NCBI GenBank assembly: GCA_016748015.1
Contig: JAAOMT010000369.1
Location: 1-64,000, forward strand
DNA length: 64,000 bases
DNA from: Geosiphon pyriformis uo1
Lineage: Eukaryota > Fungi > Glomeromycota
Reading direction: 5' to 3'
In this document: positions 13,810 to 25,342 of the stretch, piece by piece
Position numbering within the stretch: the stretch's first letter is position 1
Layout of the letters: the number at the start of each line of letters is the position of its first letter
Translations under genes and position numbers: made by a program
The notes under the pieces: generated by a model
The model's input: the letters and a program-made list of their open reading frames with translations, nothing else
What the model was told of the DNA's origin: nothing
The model's database searches: none

Positions 13810-15180
13810 TTAATCTTGTCTCATTCTTGACAGACAATCAATGTTGGTATGGAGTTTTCCTGGTTTGTGGTGTACAATATATTGGTAGCTGGCTAAAAAT
13901 CTTGTCCATCAGGTTTGTTTTGCATTTAGCTGAGTGTTTTTGTTCTGAAGCCATTTGAGTCCAATATTATCAATAATAATATCGAATTCTTTGGGTCTAA
14001 GGTAAAGGTTGAAGTGATATAAGATCCAGATTATTGCTGTAGTTTCTAATTCTATTGCAGGGTAGTTTTTTTCGGCTGGTTTCAATGTTCTGCTAGCATA
14101 AACAATTACTCACTCATTTTCATTGTCATTTAACTGCGATAGGATGGCACCAAAGGTGGTATAAAAGGCATTTGTTGCTAACTGGAATTGGTTGCTGAAA
14201 TCTGGGTAGGCGAAAATTGGAGCTGTTGTTAATTTTTTTTTGAGAATTTCAAATGTGTTTTGGTGTTTAGCAGTCCATTTGTATTCAACGTTTTTTGTGA
14301 TAAGCTGGTTAAGAGGTTTTGTGATTTCTGAGAATCCTTTGATAAACTTCCAATAGTAGAAGACTAACCCTATGAATCCTCTTAATTCTGTAGTGTTTTG
14401 AAGAGTTTTGAAGTTTTTGACAGTGCTGATTTTTCTAGGGTCTGGTTTGATTCTATCTTTACTAATGATATGACCAAGGAAGGCCAAACTTGTTTTTCCA
14501 AAGTAGCAGTTTTCAATGTTGAGTTTCAGTTCTGTTTTTCGTAATCGTTGAAAAACTTCTCACAGGTGTTTTAAGTGTAATTCGAATGATGGAGAATAAA
14601 CATCAATATCATCAAGATAAATGACTACTGACTTCTAAAAAAGGTCTTTGTAAACAATGTCTATGAGTCTTTAGAATGTTGCTGGTGCATTGCATAATCC
14701 GAAAGACATTACATTGAACTTGTAATTTCTTCCTTGAGTGGTGAATGCTGTTTTGGAGCGATCTTTGAGATTTATGACAACTTGCCAGTATCCACTCTCT
14801 AAATCTAATGTCGAAAAGTATTTAGACTTCCCAAGAGCATCTAGCATGTCATCAATTTGGGGAAGAGGGTAGGCATCTCTAATAGTAATACTGTTGAGTT
14901 GTCGATAATCAACACAAAATTGTATCTTTCCATTTTTCTTTTTAACTAAGACCACAGGTGAAGCCCATGGATTTATTGATGTTTAAATAAGCCCATTGTT
15001 GAGCATCTGTTGTACTTCTTCATGGATAAATTGGTAACTTTCTGGAACAACTCAGTAGACTTACTGTTGTTTTGGTTTGGCATTTCCTGTATAGATTTGG
15101 TGTTGAACCAAATCAGCTCTTCCTAAGTCATTGTTGTTTTTGGCAAAGATATCAGCAAATTCTGCAATTAGCTCTTTGAA
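13810..15180 (-). pseudogene. Gypsy reverse transcriptase + RNase H
   Basis: VLVKKKNGKIQFCVDYRQLN, YPLPQID, LDLESGYWQV, FGLCNAPATF, VIYLDDI (~14610), FLGHIIS, YASRTLKPAEKNY, HKPGKLHTNIDCLSR. Confidence 0.95.
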
Positions 15181-15653
15181 CTAGTTCTGTTGTTGTGGTT
15201 CAAGTTGTCTCATGTTGATTTGAGATAGTTTTTCCATGACAACATGGTAGTTTTCAGAGCTGGGATTTGGGTTGATTTTTGGTAGTGAATGTCCAATAAT
15301 TTCAGAGAAATTGGGGACTGTTTGGAGTAATTTTTGTTGAAAGATATTACTGTAAATAACTCCAATTTCTAAGTTATTTAATAAAACTATGAGGTAATTA
15401 TTGGGGTTGTAAAAAGTAACTTGGACTTTTTTTGTTCCTTCTGGGATGTAAATATTTGGGATTGAAATATTATGTTTCAAGCAGATTTGTTTATTGGACT
15501 CAAAAATTTGTTGGGTGGTTGTTGGCTTTGGACAGGTATAGATTTTGGGGTGTTCTCCAAAAAGTGAAATAATGATTGGTTGGGGAAGGTGTAAAATCTG
15601 GTGAGACTCATTCTGTTTATTGAGAGCTATGTTTACTGAAACTGTAAATTGTC

Positions 15654-16080
15654 TAGTTGAACCAAAACCTTGTGTTCCTCTTTCACTTTTTTTCAATTGT
15701 TTTCTTTGATTGACTAACTATAAGCCCAAAATGTTAATTAAGGGTAAATAGATAGCTTGAGCAATTTTTTCAGAATGTTCAATTTTGAAAAGTTTATTGG
15801 TTTCATTTTGGAGTATTACTGTTATGTTACCAGTATATCTAGCATCAATTATTTCTTCTCTGACATTGATTCCTTTGCTTGCCAGAGAGAACTAGGAGGT
15901 GATTTGAACCATTGTTCTTGACGGGATTTTGAAAGCAATTTTGAGATTGATTTTTGTGAGAGATTTGGGTTTGAGAACAAAAATATCCTTGTCTGAATAT
16001 CTTAGGTCATATCCAGCATCAATTTCATGTGCTTTTTCGGGTTTTATTCTTTGTCCGTTGTTATTGAAGTATTTGAGTTG
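15654..16080 (-). pseudogene. Trimeric-type dUTPase domain inside Gypsy pol
   Basis: All five motifs in the pol frame: PEKAHEIDAGYDLR, TS*FSLASKGI (decayed RSSLA), IIDARYTGNI, EKIAQAI, SERGTQGFGST. Confidence 0.92.
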
Positions 16081-17059
16081 TAAGACAGGCTGATTTTTGA
16101 TGAGATAGATGGGTGTTGCTTCAATTTCTTCTGTTGCTTCAAGTTCTCCAAATTCAATTTCATTGTTTTCACTGGGCAGAGGAATGCTAAGAGCATAGCA
16201 TTCAGGACACTATTGCTCATCGCAAAGCATTATGCATTTTTCACACAATTTAATGTTTATTTGCTCTAGCCATTGGACTTGAGTTTCTTTGGTTGGATAA
16301 GTATGACTGGCAATTTGGTGATATACTTCTACTTCATCTTCGTAGTTGTATCCAGCGATTTCAAAAATGTATGCAATGTATTCTGATTCTTTCATTTGAC
16401 AAACATTTTCTTAAGTGGCTCCGTTGATTAAAGCCATTGCTAGATCGAAAATTATTTTGGCATTGTGAGAGTAATGGTACAGTTTGTTGAGGGCACTGTT
16501 GTAAGCAGCATCAAAAAGGGTTCCTCTTGTTACTTTTTCTGAGATTAAAAGGGCATATTGGCATGTTTGATTACAGACTTCTCTTTTGAATGCAACATCA
16601 ATCCAATCACATTCATCAGATAATCATTCTTCACAAGTCAAACAGGGTGTTTTGTCCCATTTTCCACTTCTTTTGACTAGGTGTTCCCATTATTCTTGGT
16701 GGCAGGATTTGCAATAGTAACAGGTATAGTTTCCATATTCTTCCTTGGGTGAAATACAAGCTCCCATTGATAAGAGTTTTTTGTGGCAATCTTTGTATTT
16801 AAGTGGAATGTAAGGGCATTGTTTTCGTAGTTCTGGTTTTGAATAGAAGACATTTCATTTGGGTGTTACTGGTTTTTTTGTTTCAAGAGAATTGTTTGTT
16901 AAAAAATACTGTTGTTCAGTTTCATCAGCCCAATTGGAGGTTGATTTCAGTGCCATAAATGTTTCAATGATGGGTTTTTCTTCTTCCGGTTCGAATTCAA
17001 AAGCCGGGGCTTTTTCGGAATGTTTGTTGAATGTACCACAAGTGGCAGGTACTTGGACA

Positions 17060-17420
17060 TGTTGTCCTTGGTAGAAAATTGTTAACTCTTGTGTCTTCCA
17101 ATTCAGATTAGCATTGGCTTTTTGGAGCCAATCATTTCCGACAAGAGCTTGGTATTGGGGAGCATCCATGACCAGAACTTTGACTGGAATGGTAATTCCG
17201 TCAATTGTGAATAAGAAGTTGTTAATTTCTCCTACTGGAGTCTTTTTTATGCCATCAGCAATGACAATGATTGTCTGAACTGGTCAGTCAATGTTCTTTT
17301 TTAGCTGCTGCATTAATTGATATGTAATGATGCTTCCGGCAGATCTACTGTCTAGAATCAAGCAAATTGGCTTTCCTTTTGCTTCAGCTTCTGTGTACAT
17401 TGCAGTGATGGCTTTTTGTT
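17060..17420 (-). pseudogene. Gypsy aspartic protease
   Basis: ICLILDSRSAGSII (DSG decayed to DSR), IVIADG, YQALVGNDWL. Confidence 0.88.
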
Positions 17421-17699
17421 CATTAGCCACTGCATTGCTAAGTAAGAATGGTGATTCATTTGCTTCAAATTCGAAAGAGAATATATCTGAAAGGTTGGCA
17501 TTTTCAGCAATTCTGGCTGGTGGGATTGTGGTAGGAGTATAGGAAAGATTTTGTTGTTGTGCTGCAGCTCTACTTTCTGAGAGTGCAGTATAGTGAAAAT
17601 CCTGTTCTTTTGGCATTGTAAGATAACTAGGTTGAGTATGATAGTAGTTGGGTCTTGGTTGAGCTGAATTTCGGAAAACCAATTGGTTGTTCAAATTGA

Positions 17700-19390
17700 T
17701 TCTATTGTTGTTTACTTGGTATCAGTTTTGTGGTATGAACTGATTTTGCGGAATCAATCTTTGAGCAGGCACTTGATAATGTTGTGTGGGTGGTTGTTGG
17801 TATTGCTGTTGGGTTGGCTGTGGGGTGGGCTGATAATAGTTACTTTGGTATTGGGGTCTTGGTGGATAGTAAGCTGGTGGTGGCGATTGATAATAAGATT
17901 GCTGTAATGGAGGGTAACATTGATTACTCCTATTTTGTTGGTCTTTCATTGTAGCTTTCTGCAATCTCTTTTCCAGTGGCCAGGGATTCCACAGTAATGG
18001 CAATTCTGAGGCTGGTTATTAGAAAGTAGTGTGAAGTTATTTTGATTTTGTCTTTGGAGTGGTTGATATCTTTGGAGTTGCTGTTGTTGTTGTTGGTTGG
18101 TAAAATAGTTTTCAACTTTCTTGGTTAATTGGTCAATCTTTTCTTCAGCTGTTGAGCTGGTTTCTCCAATAGCCAGATTAACAAGTTTAGTACAGTTGGC
18201 TTCTTCTATGGCCATTTCATAGTTTTTTACCTGTTGAATAGCAGTGGCTAAATCTTCTGGTGCATGTGGGCAAACTTTCTTGATAAGTTTGTCTTTTAGT
18301 CCAGCAATGAATTGATCCAAGATTTGTGCATTGGAGTAGTATTCATTGGTTTCTAATTGTCAAATCTTTCTAAGCAGTTTGTTGAATTTCCCAAGATAAG
18401 TCATAACTGATTCACTTGGTTCTTGCTTGATATTTCAGAACCGATTTCAAAAGGTGATGGAAGTGTTATTGTCAGTGAACTGTTCTAGAAAAGCAGTTTT
18501 GAATGCTTTCCAGTATTCTAGTGGAGCTTTCAAGTTTTCAAACCATTCACCAGCCATTTCTTGTAAGAAGTATGGAATTGCTTTTAACATTCTGACAGCA
18601 TTCCAACCATTTGCATCTTCTGCTTTTGAGACTTTGTCAAGCCATTCTTGAGAACTGGTTTCACTGTTTTCTTCTGTAAATTCAGGGATTTTGCGATATA
18701 TGTGGAGGCTATTTCTTCTTTGTTTTCTGAGTCTTCTGTTTCTTGTTCTGATTCAGTCTTTTTACTTCGATTTTTTGCTAAGTAGTCAATAAGGTTTGTG
18801 CTGGTTAATATTGGTTCCTGTTGTTGAATAGGGCTTTTGGGTGACTGAAAATCTTTTATTCTTGAAAACTGAATAAGTGGTGAGCTTGGTGTTTGCAGTT
18901 GAGCAAGTAAAGCTGGAAATGGTGTGATTAAGAGTGGTAATTTAAAGCTGGTTCCTTGTTCTGGAGTTTGTAAATGTTTGGCAGTAGTTTTAGGTATATT
19001 GGGAGTAATTCTGAGTTTTTGTTTCCTTTTTCTTTTTTCTTCTTCTGTTTCTGATTCAAAACCAAAAGAAAATTTCTGTTTTACTGAGTAATTCTCTTCA
19101 CAATACTAAATGATATTGAAGTTGAGTTCTTGGAAATATGTTTCAAGTGTTTGACTGTTAAAATCCTGAGTGTTTAGACAAGAGTGATGTACTAAGCTTT
19201 CATATAAGTTGTGTCTAATTTCTGAAATGTTGTAGTCTCTAAAAAAATAATTGTTGATGCGATTTTCAATGTACTAGTAAAGTGTTTTCTTGAATGTTTC
19301 AATTCCATCTGGGATGTTAAATCTCTGCTTGCAGTAAGTGTAGATTGATTGATAATACTCTAGAGTTCTTGAATCTGTTTGAGTCGCCAC
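17700..19390 (-). pseudogene. Gypsy gag with ~230-aa N-terminal extension, capsid region, CCHC knuckle and Q/P/Y-rich tail
   Basis: IPEF...QEWLDKV...NGWN...AGEWFENL; DQFIAGL; CHYCGIPGHWKRDC. Frame nearly open from a GTG at 19390. Indels at ~18690 and ~17945. Confidence 0.85.
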
Positions 19391-19420
19391 TTTTGAAGTT
19401 GTTGTTGCTGTGTTATTTCT

Positions 19421-19434
19421 GTGAAAGAGCACCA
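19421..19434 (-). other. Primer-binding site
   Basis: Minus strand TGGTGCTCTTTCAC, 2 nt downstream of the 5' LTR (TGG complementary to tRNA CCA). tRNA identity not determined. Confidence 0.75.
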
Positions 19435-19436
19435 AA

Positions 19437-20415
19437 TGTTACTGGAGGTTTTTGGTCTCTTCTTAGCTCTTGTATGTTTATTGTAATGCTGTTAATTCAT
19501 GACTATGGGAAGTGTTTGAATCTCCAATAACTGAATTTATCTTCAAATTATCTCCTATAATTTGAACTGCTGGGCTTATAAGTGGAATGGCCAGTTCCAT
19601 GCCAGTTGCTTTGTGTAGTTACATTGTAGTAAATGTCAACTCTTTCTCAAAAATTGCTCATCTGGAAGCTTACTAAAAATGTGTAGTTATTTTGCTGTGA
19701 AAGTCAATTTTTCTACAGAAATCTTATCTGTAGGCTACCCTAATGATTGCAATAAGAAAAAAAAAGAAAAATAAAAGAAATGTAAAAGAAATAGAATTCT
19801 GTTAAAGGAAACGTTTTCTATCCAGGCCTGAAGTCACTAACAGTTTACTGAAATTGGTAGCTAATCAATTTCAAAACGTTAGTTGGGTTTTGAGGATTTT
19901 CTAAGTGCAATAATTAAAGAATTTGGTTTTTCAAATTATTTGATATTTATTTCTTTTTGTGTATATAGGAATGGTTCCAAGTAATAAATCTAAAGTAAGA
20001 TATATTTTCTTGAAGAGAGAAGTTTTTCTTTTATACAACTTGTCATAACACTATTCTATGAACTTGAACTTTGCTCTTTTCTACAATTTTGCTGAACTAA
20101 AGATACATTTCAGCAAATTACAAGTTATTTCTGTGAACTATTAAATATTTTGGTGAACTATCAATTATTTCAGCAAATTTCTACAAATTTTGGTGAACTT
20201 TTGAATGTTACATATTTCAGAGTATTGCATGATTGATTATCACACTTAGGTTATATTTGTGTTATGTACAAATTGGGTTATTAATTAAATGATAATTTCA
20301 GATATTTTGTTAATGTAATAAGTGATAATTTGAAACGATAATATATGCTAATTAATGATAAGATTTATAAGGGTAATTTCATGTTAAACAATATCTCTAA
20401 TTTTGTTTGGTAACA
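19437..20415 (-). repeat. 5' LTR of the Gypsy element
   Basis: 979-bp direct repeat of 10589-11567. Confidence 0.97.
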
Positions 20416-20664
20416 TTGGTTATAATAGTTTTATAATTTATAATTAATTATAAAATTCAGTTTAATTTTGTGTTTAAAAATATATATAATAGATAAAACT
20501 TGTTAATTAAAAATTAAAGCTATATTGTTTTTTTTTTTTTTTTTTTTTTTAACGAGTGAGGTCCAAACACTACCTAGTACAATACATCATATAAGTGATC
20601 TAAACTATACGTGAATCATGCTCTTTCTACACATGACCAGCCACTCAGACTAGTCAGAACAACA

Positions 20665-23600
20665 CTAGACATCTATATGCACAGAGACCATTTTACCTAC
20701 ACCAAAAAAGAATAAACTAGATTCACGAAACCCAAAACCAATACCAAATGCATTAGCTATATCCAACAATCTAACCATACTAGATGAGAGCACTGAAAGA
20801 AGACCAGAAATTGAGACAGGAATAGAACCATTACATGAGATCAGGCCACTCTTTTCCATAACAGCTCTGTGTTTCACACGTACCAGCCAAATATCATCTT
20901 GGAATGCAAGACAGAATTTGCGCACAAATGCCACGATATTCCAAGCTGCTGTTTTAGTGTCCTTGAAAACAAAAAAAGATTCACAATACCACTTATTGAA
21001 TACGAAGCCCTTATATATAGCCATACTAACAACAGCATCAGAAGCGCAAGCAGAAAGCAACTGTAAAACACATGAAGTCGAATGAGATAAACCTGAGCAC
21101 GTCTCCCAAACAGATGCATGAGCATTCATCAACCGAGCACAATCACCAGCATCAAATGGGCATAAAAACACATGATCTGAAATCTCAACATCGCCGCAGA
21201 ACAAACACAACACACTGGGGTATCCCTTATCATAAAGTTGCTTATGCACAGCAACAAGAAGACGATGATGCAATGCCTTCATAAAATACATCTAAGAACC
21301 AGCAGTACGAGCACTAGTGAAGCCAGCAGCCAAATGAGAGTCCAGATGCCACACCAAACACAATCTGGACCAATCAACATCAGCACACAGGCTGTCTACC
21401 AATACCCGAGAACCAGAACCGACCTCCCAATGTGCACAGTGAATAGAGCAAAAAACACCACAAACAAAATGTCTAGAATTACCAAAAACCACAATACCGC
21501 CAGCCTTGAGAAAATGTTCATCGATCCTGTGAGGAAAATGCACACCAGAAAACACTGCAGCCCTAGCCAAAGTGTCAGCACACTCATTGCCCAAGACTCC
21601 AAAGTGACCCCTAACTTTAATCCAATTAACATCCAAATTTTTGCGACAAATGACATTAGAAATATCGACCCAACACTGATTCCTGAAATCTGGATGCCCT
21701 AACATTAACTCTGACCTGCATGCATCCAAAGTGGCCTGGCTGTCCAAAAACAGATTAACCAAACGAGAAGGAGGGACACACTTAAGAGCCAAAGCAATAG
21801 CCTGCAGCTCTATCATGGTAGAAAAAACCAAACCAGAAACTTCCACACCTAAACCCAAATCAATGTTCTTAAAAAAAACAGCAGCGCCAGTCTTTATACC
21901 AAGAGTACCCAGCCCACACAGAGAACTATCCGTAAACAAAGAAAGGCGATCAGAATCAACCTCCAACAAGCGATTGCAAACAACATTAAACTTGTAAGAC
22001 ACAAGTACATTAGACGAGTCAACATTCAGTGGCAAAAAAGAACAAACGGAAGATGACCCAGAACCAAACAAAAAGCAAACAGCAGCATTGAACCAATCAG
22101 GAATCGGGCCCTGAAGGTCCAGTCTCTTTCACTGCTTGAAAGTCCTCCATTCGAAAACAGAACCAGTTCGATCGCAAAGCTGCTCAACAAAGGCAATTTC
22201 ATATCGCCGAAACAAAGAGACACATTTATAAAAAGCTAACTCGCCAAGAACAATAGACATTGGGGTCCCTTTTTGAAAACGAAAAGCTTTGGTCATGAGA
22301 CCACCCAGAGAAAGGTTGCAACCCAAAAAAATCCAGATGACACCAGCCAAAAAGTTATTCAAAGGACTGACACTAATATGAGAAGGGAAAAGCAGGGGGT
22401 AACAAGAGTGCCAGCTGAAAACCTGCAAATCATGAGACCTATGCACAAACAGACGGCCCAAAATACCCACAGAATTGGCAAAACAAACAACAGCAGCTGA
22501 CTTGCTCTCAGCCTGGACCTGTTCAAAAGATTTCAACTCATACAGAGAAGGATAATGAATAGCATCATTGGGAAAGTCGAATGGCAGGCCAGATTTAGAC
22601 TTCAAACCTTTATGAATCAAAGTGTCCCATTTTGCACACACACTAATAGGAACAAAACTAAACTGAGTCCTGTAGGCAATTATGGGGTAAAGAACCACTG
22701 ACACCAAATACAAGAACTACTTATTAGATATAGCCTTTTTCAGAACAAGGTTGGTAAAAAACTGGACATCCAAGCGTGCCTTAGCCAAGCTGCTTTGACA
22801 AACCTTCAGTAGACAGAAAGATACCCAGGTACCGATAAGGCTCTCCCCTTTTGGCTATCGAAATAGGCAAACCACTAATCAACAAATGAGGGCTGGAAAC
22901 TTTGCAATTAATGAGAATGGCCACTGTTTTGTCATTATTGATCGAAATGTCATTGACCCGAAAAAACTCACTAGCAACATTGAGAATATGTTGGGTGGTA
23001 GTCTGGCTGCTACCAATCCAAATTGTATCATTGACAAAAGCACCAGCAGCAAGGAAAGAAGTCAAACCAGCCCAAGATTCAGCACAACCAGTGTTGGCAA
23101 CAAAACGAGAGTCTAATCTGTATTCACATACACTTTCTTGTCTCTTGACTTCACACAAAAGGGGATCATAAAATATGCGCCAGAGAAGAGGAGAAAACAC
23201 CTCCCCTTGATCCAAACCATCATGTACCTGATATCCATCAGTCAACCCAAAATCCGTCATAACTCTGTTGACCCAATCATTGTGGATGCCACCAAAAAAC
23301 CGAATGAATTTGTCACACATTTTTATTCTGATCAAGCTCTTCCTCAGATGCTCCCAGCCAACAGAATCATAAGCCTTTCACATGTTTTGCAAGACCAGCC
23401 ACAGTTCTCAGTTCTTCTTCAAAGCATCCTCAATAACCGAACCAATAGCAAAAATGGGAGACTGCGTGGTTGTGTCTTTTAAAACAGAAAAATTATCTCC
23501 CCTCAGAACGTCGAAAACACTACAAGCCGAAAAAATTCTGTCCAAAAGCACTTTAGAAAGGATTTTGCGAGCCGTCTCAACCAAAGCAATAGGACGGGTA

Positions 23601-25342
23601 TTCGTGAAAACACCCTCCCACTTATAAGGTTTGGGGATCATTGATACCCAAGCCTCCTTCCAAGGCCCAGGAACAGATTCACACTCCAAGCAAACATTCA
23701 AAAGCACTAAAAGCATGTCCAAAACCAATTTGTCACTATGTTTCCACAACTCATTCAAGATACCAGAGAAACCAGCAGCTTTCCCATCAGGCAGGTTCAA
23801 AACGACACTAGACATCTCATCAAAATCAATTAGGCTCATTACACCAGAAAAAGCATTGTCAAAAACATACTCTAAAGACTGATATTGGCGACTCCAGACA
23901 CCAGTAACATCAGAAACTATATTGCGCTTCCTAGTCCATCCCTCCATAACTGCATCCACTTTGGCCTTAACCAGAGCAGGCTCCAAAACCAATTCACCAT
24001 CAACAATCAGATGATCCAAAGTTACTTTGCGAAAAGGACGTTCCAATACACTCCTAATAGTATGACCTTTGTCCAATTCAAAACTCTCCATCCTCTTATC
24101 TATTGCCGACCTGATTTGAGATTCCCTAACTCGCTCTGCTTCTGACATTTTGGATGCATGATAAGACTTTTTGACCTTATACAAAACTGACTGAATAGCA
24201 TTGAAGTAGGAACCTAATAGGAAGAGAGACTTCACCGCAGAAGCATTAATTGAATCCAAACCTTCTCACCTGTCGAACAGGAATGTAAACTCCTCAGCAG
24301 AATCCATATGAGATGCTCTAACTAACTTAGACATTAAGAGCTCTAGTTTGTGAAATTTGGATGAATCCTTGCTAAAAACTTTATCATATTCTTTGAACCA
24401 CTTTTTCCTGAAAACTGCTTCAGCAGACAGACACATCACTTTACGGAGAGCAACCCACATCAAATCCAAGTCTGAGTGGACCCTGGCTGCAAGAAAATCA
24501 TCACAAAACACAGCAGCATTTGCTGCCGTATCTTCCTTAAATTTGGCCCATTTAACATCATCCACACCTTTGCAATCGTACTTCCAGCGATCCCTATTTG
24601 CTTGTCTGTGAACAGAATTCAACTGAACATCAAGCAGACCACCCAAACTCACTAACACTGAGACAGCTTGATGATCAGTATCAAAGTATTCCCCAACGCC
24701 AAACACGTCGCGACCCACAACTGTATTGACCAGATTTGAAGAAACGAACATAAAATCAATCGTCTTAGCAATGCCCCGAGAATTAGACCAAGTCGGCAAT
24801 TTCCCACAGGAGCTCCGACCCAAGGCATTAACCAGACCCAAATCCAGACACTTTTTAAAACTCGTACACCTGTGAGAACTGTCTTCATTGAAATCGCCAC
24901 CGAGAACAACAAAGGAAGATTCATTAACAGCTTTTGCAATGAGAAAGTTGACTTTACTAGCCTAAGAGAACCGAACTGCTGAGGAAGCACCAGCATACAG
25001 ACCCAGAATAGACACCGAAAGTTTATTTTTGAAAAGTAACTTAATGGACAAGAGCTGACCAGGCACCTCTGACACTTTGCACACATGTTTCACCAAAGAA
25101 GAATTCATGACAACAGCGACACCAGCTCTCAGATAGCCAGATTCCAAACCAGAGGTAAACACCCACACACCATCATATTTGTTGACAATCCAGGAGCAAA
25201 TTTTTTTTCTTAACTTTGATTCTGTAAAAATAGAAACTAAATTGTTCTTCTCTATATGCCAACAAATGACATTGTCTTGTTTCGCAAGATTGTTCATACC
25301 TCTGACATTGCAAGTAGCAAAATTCCAAACCAGACTGTTCAT
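20665..25342 (-). pseudogene. LINE ORF2 (endonuclease, RT, RNase H, zinc knuckle)
   Basis: TCNVRG, TIDFMF, TDHQAV (APE); KAAG, RPIAL, GLDQGEVFSPLLW, AFVND (RT); FTDSS, ELQAI, DSQA, KVRGHFGVLGNECAD (RNase H); CLFC...HVFLC. Several stops and one frameshift at ~22790. Confidence 0.95.

Larger units (their letters stand above)
10589..20415 (-). mobile_element. Complete Ty3/Gypsy LTR retrotransposon (gag-PR-Cys-rich domain-dUTPase-RT-RH, IN, extra ORF), inactivated by stops
   Basis: Two 979-bp direct repeats TGTTAC...GTAACA; 4-bp TSD TTGG (10585-10588 and 20416-20419); PBS and PPT present; domain order PR-RT-RH-IN. Confidence 0.97.

Noticed and set aside
17930-18003. Gag/pol frame change as a programmed frameshift
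   Set aside because: No slippery heptamer; removing 2 nt restores a natural KLQ(R)DQQNR reading, so a copy-specific indel is more likely.
19437-19602. Gag frame starting inside the 5' LTR (MELAIPLISP...)
   Set aside because: In-frame stops are shared by both LTRs, including the terminal TAACA.
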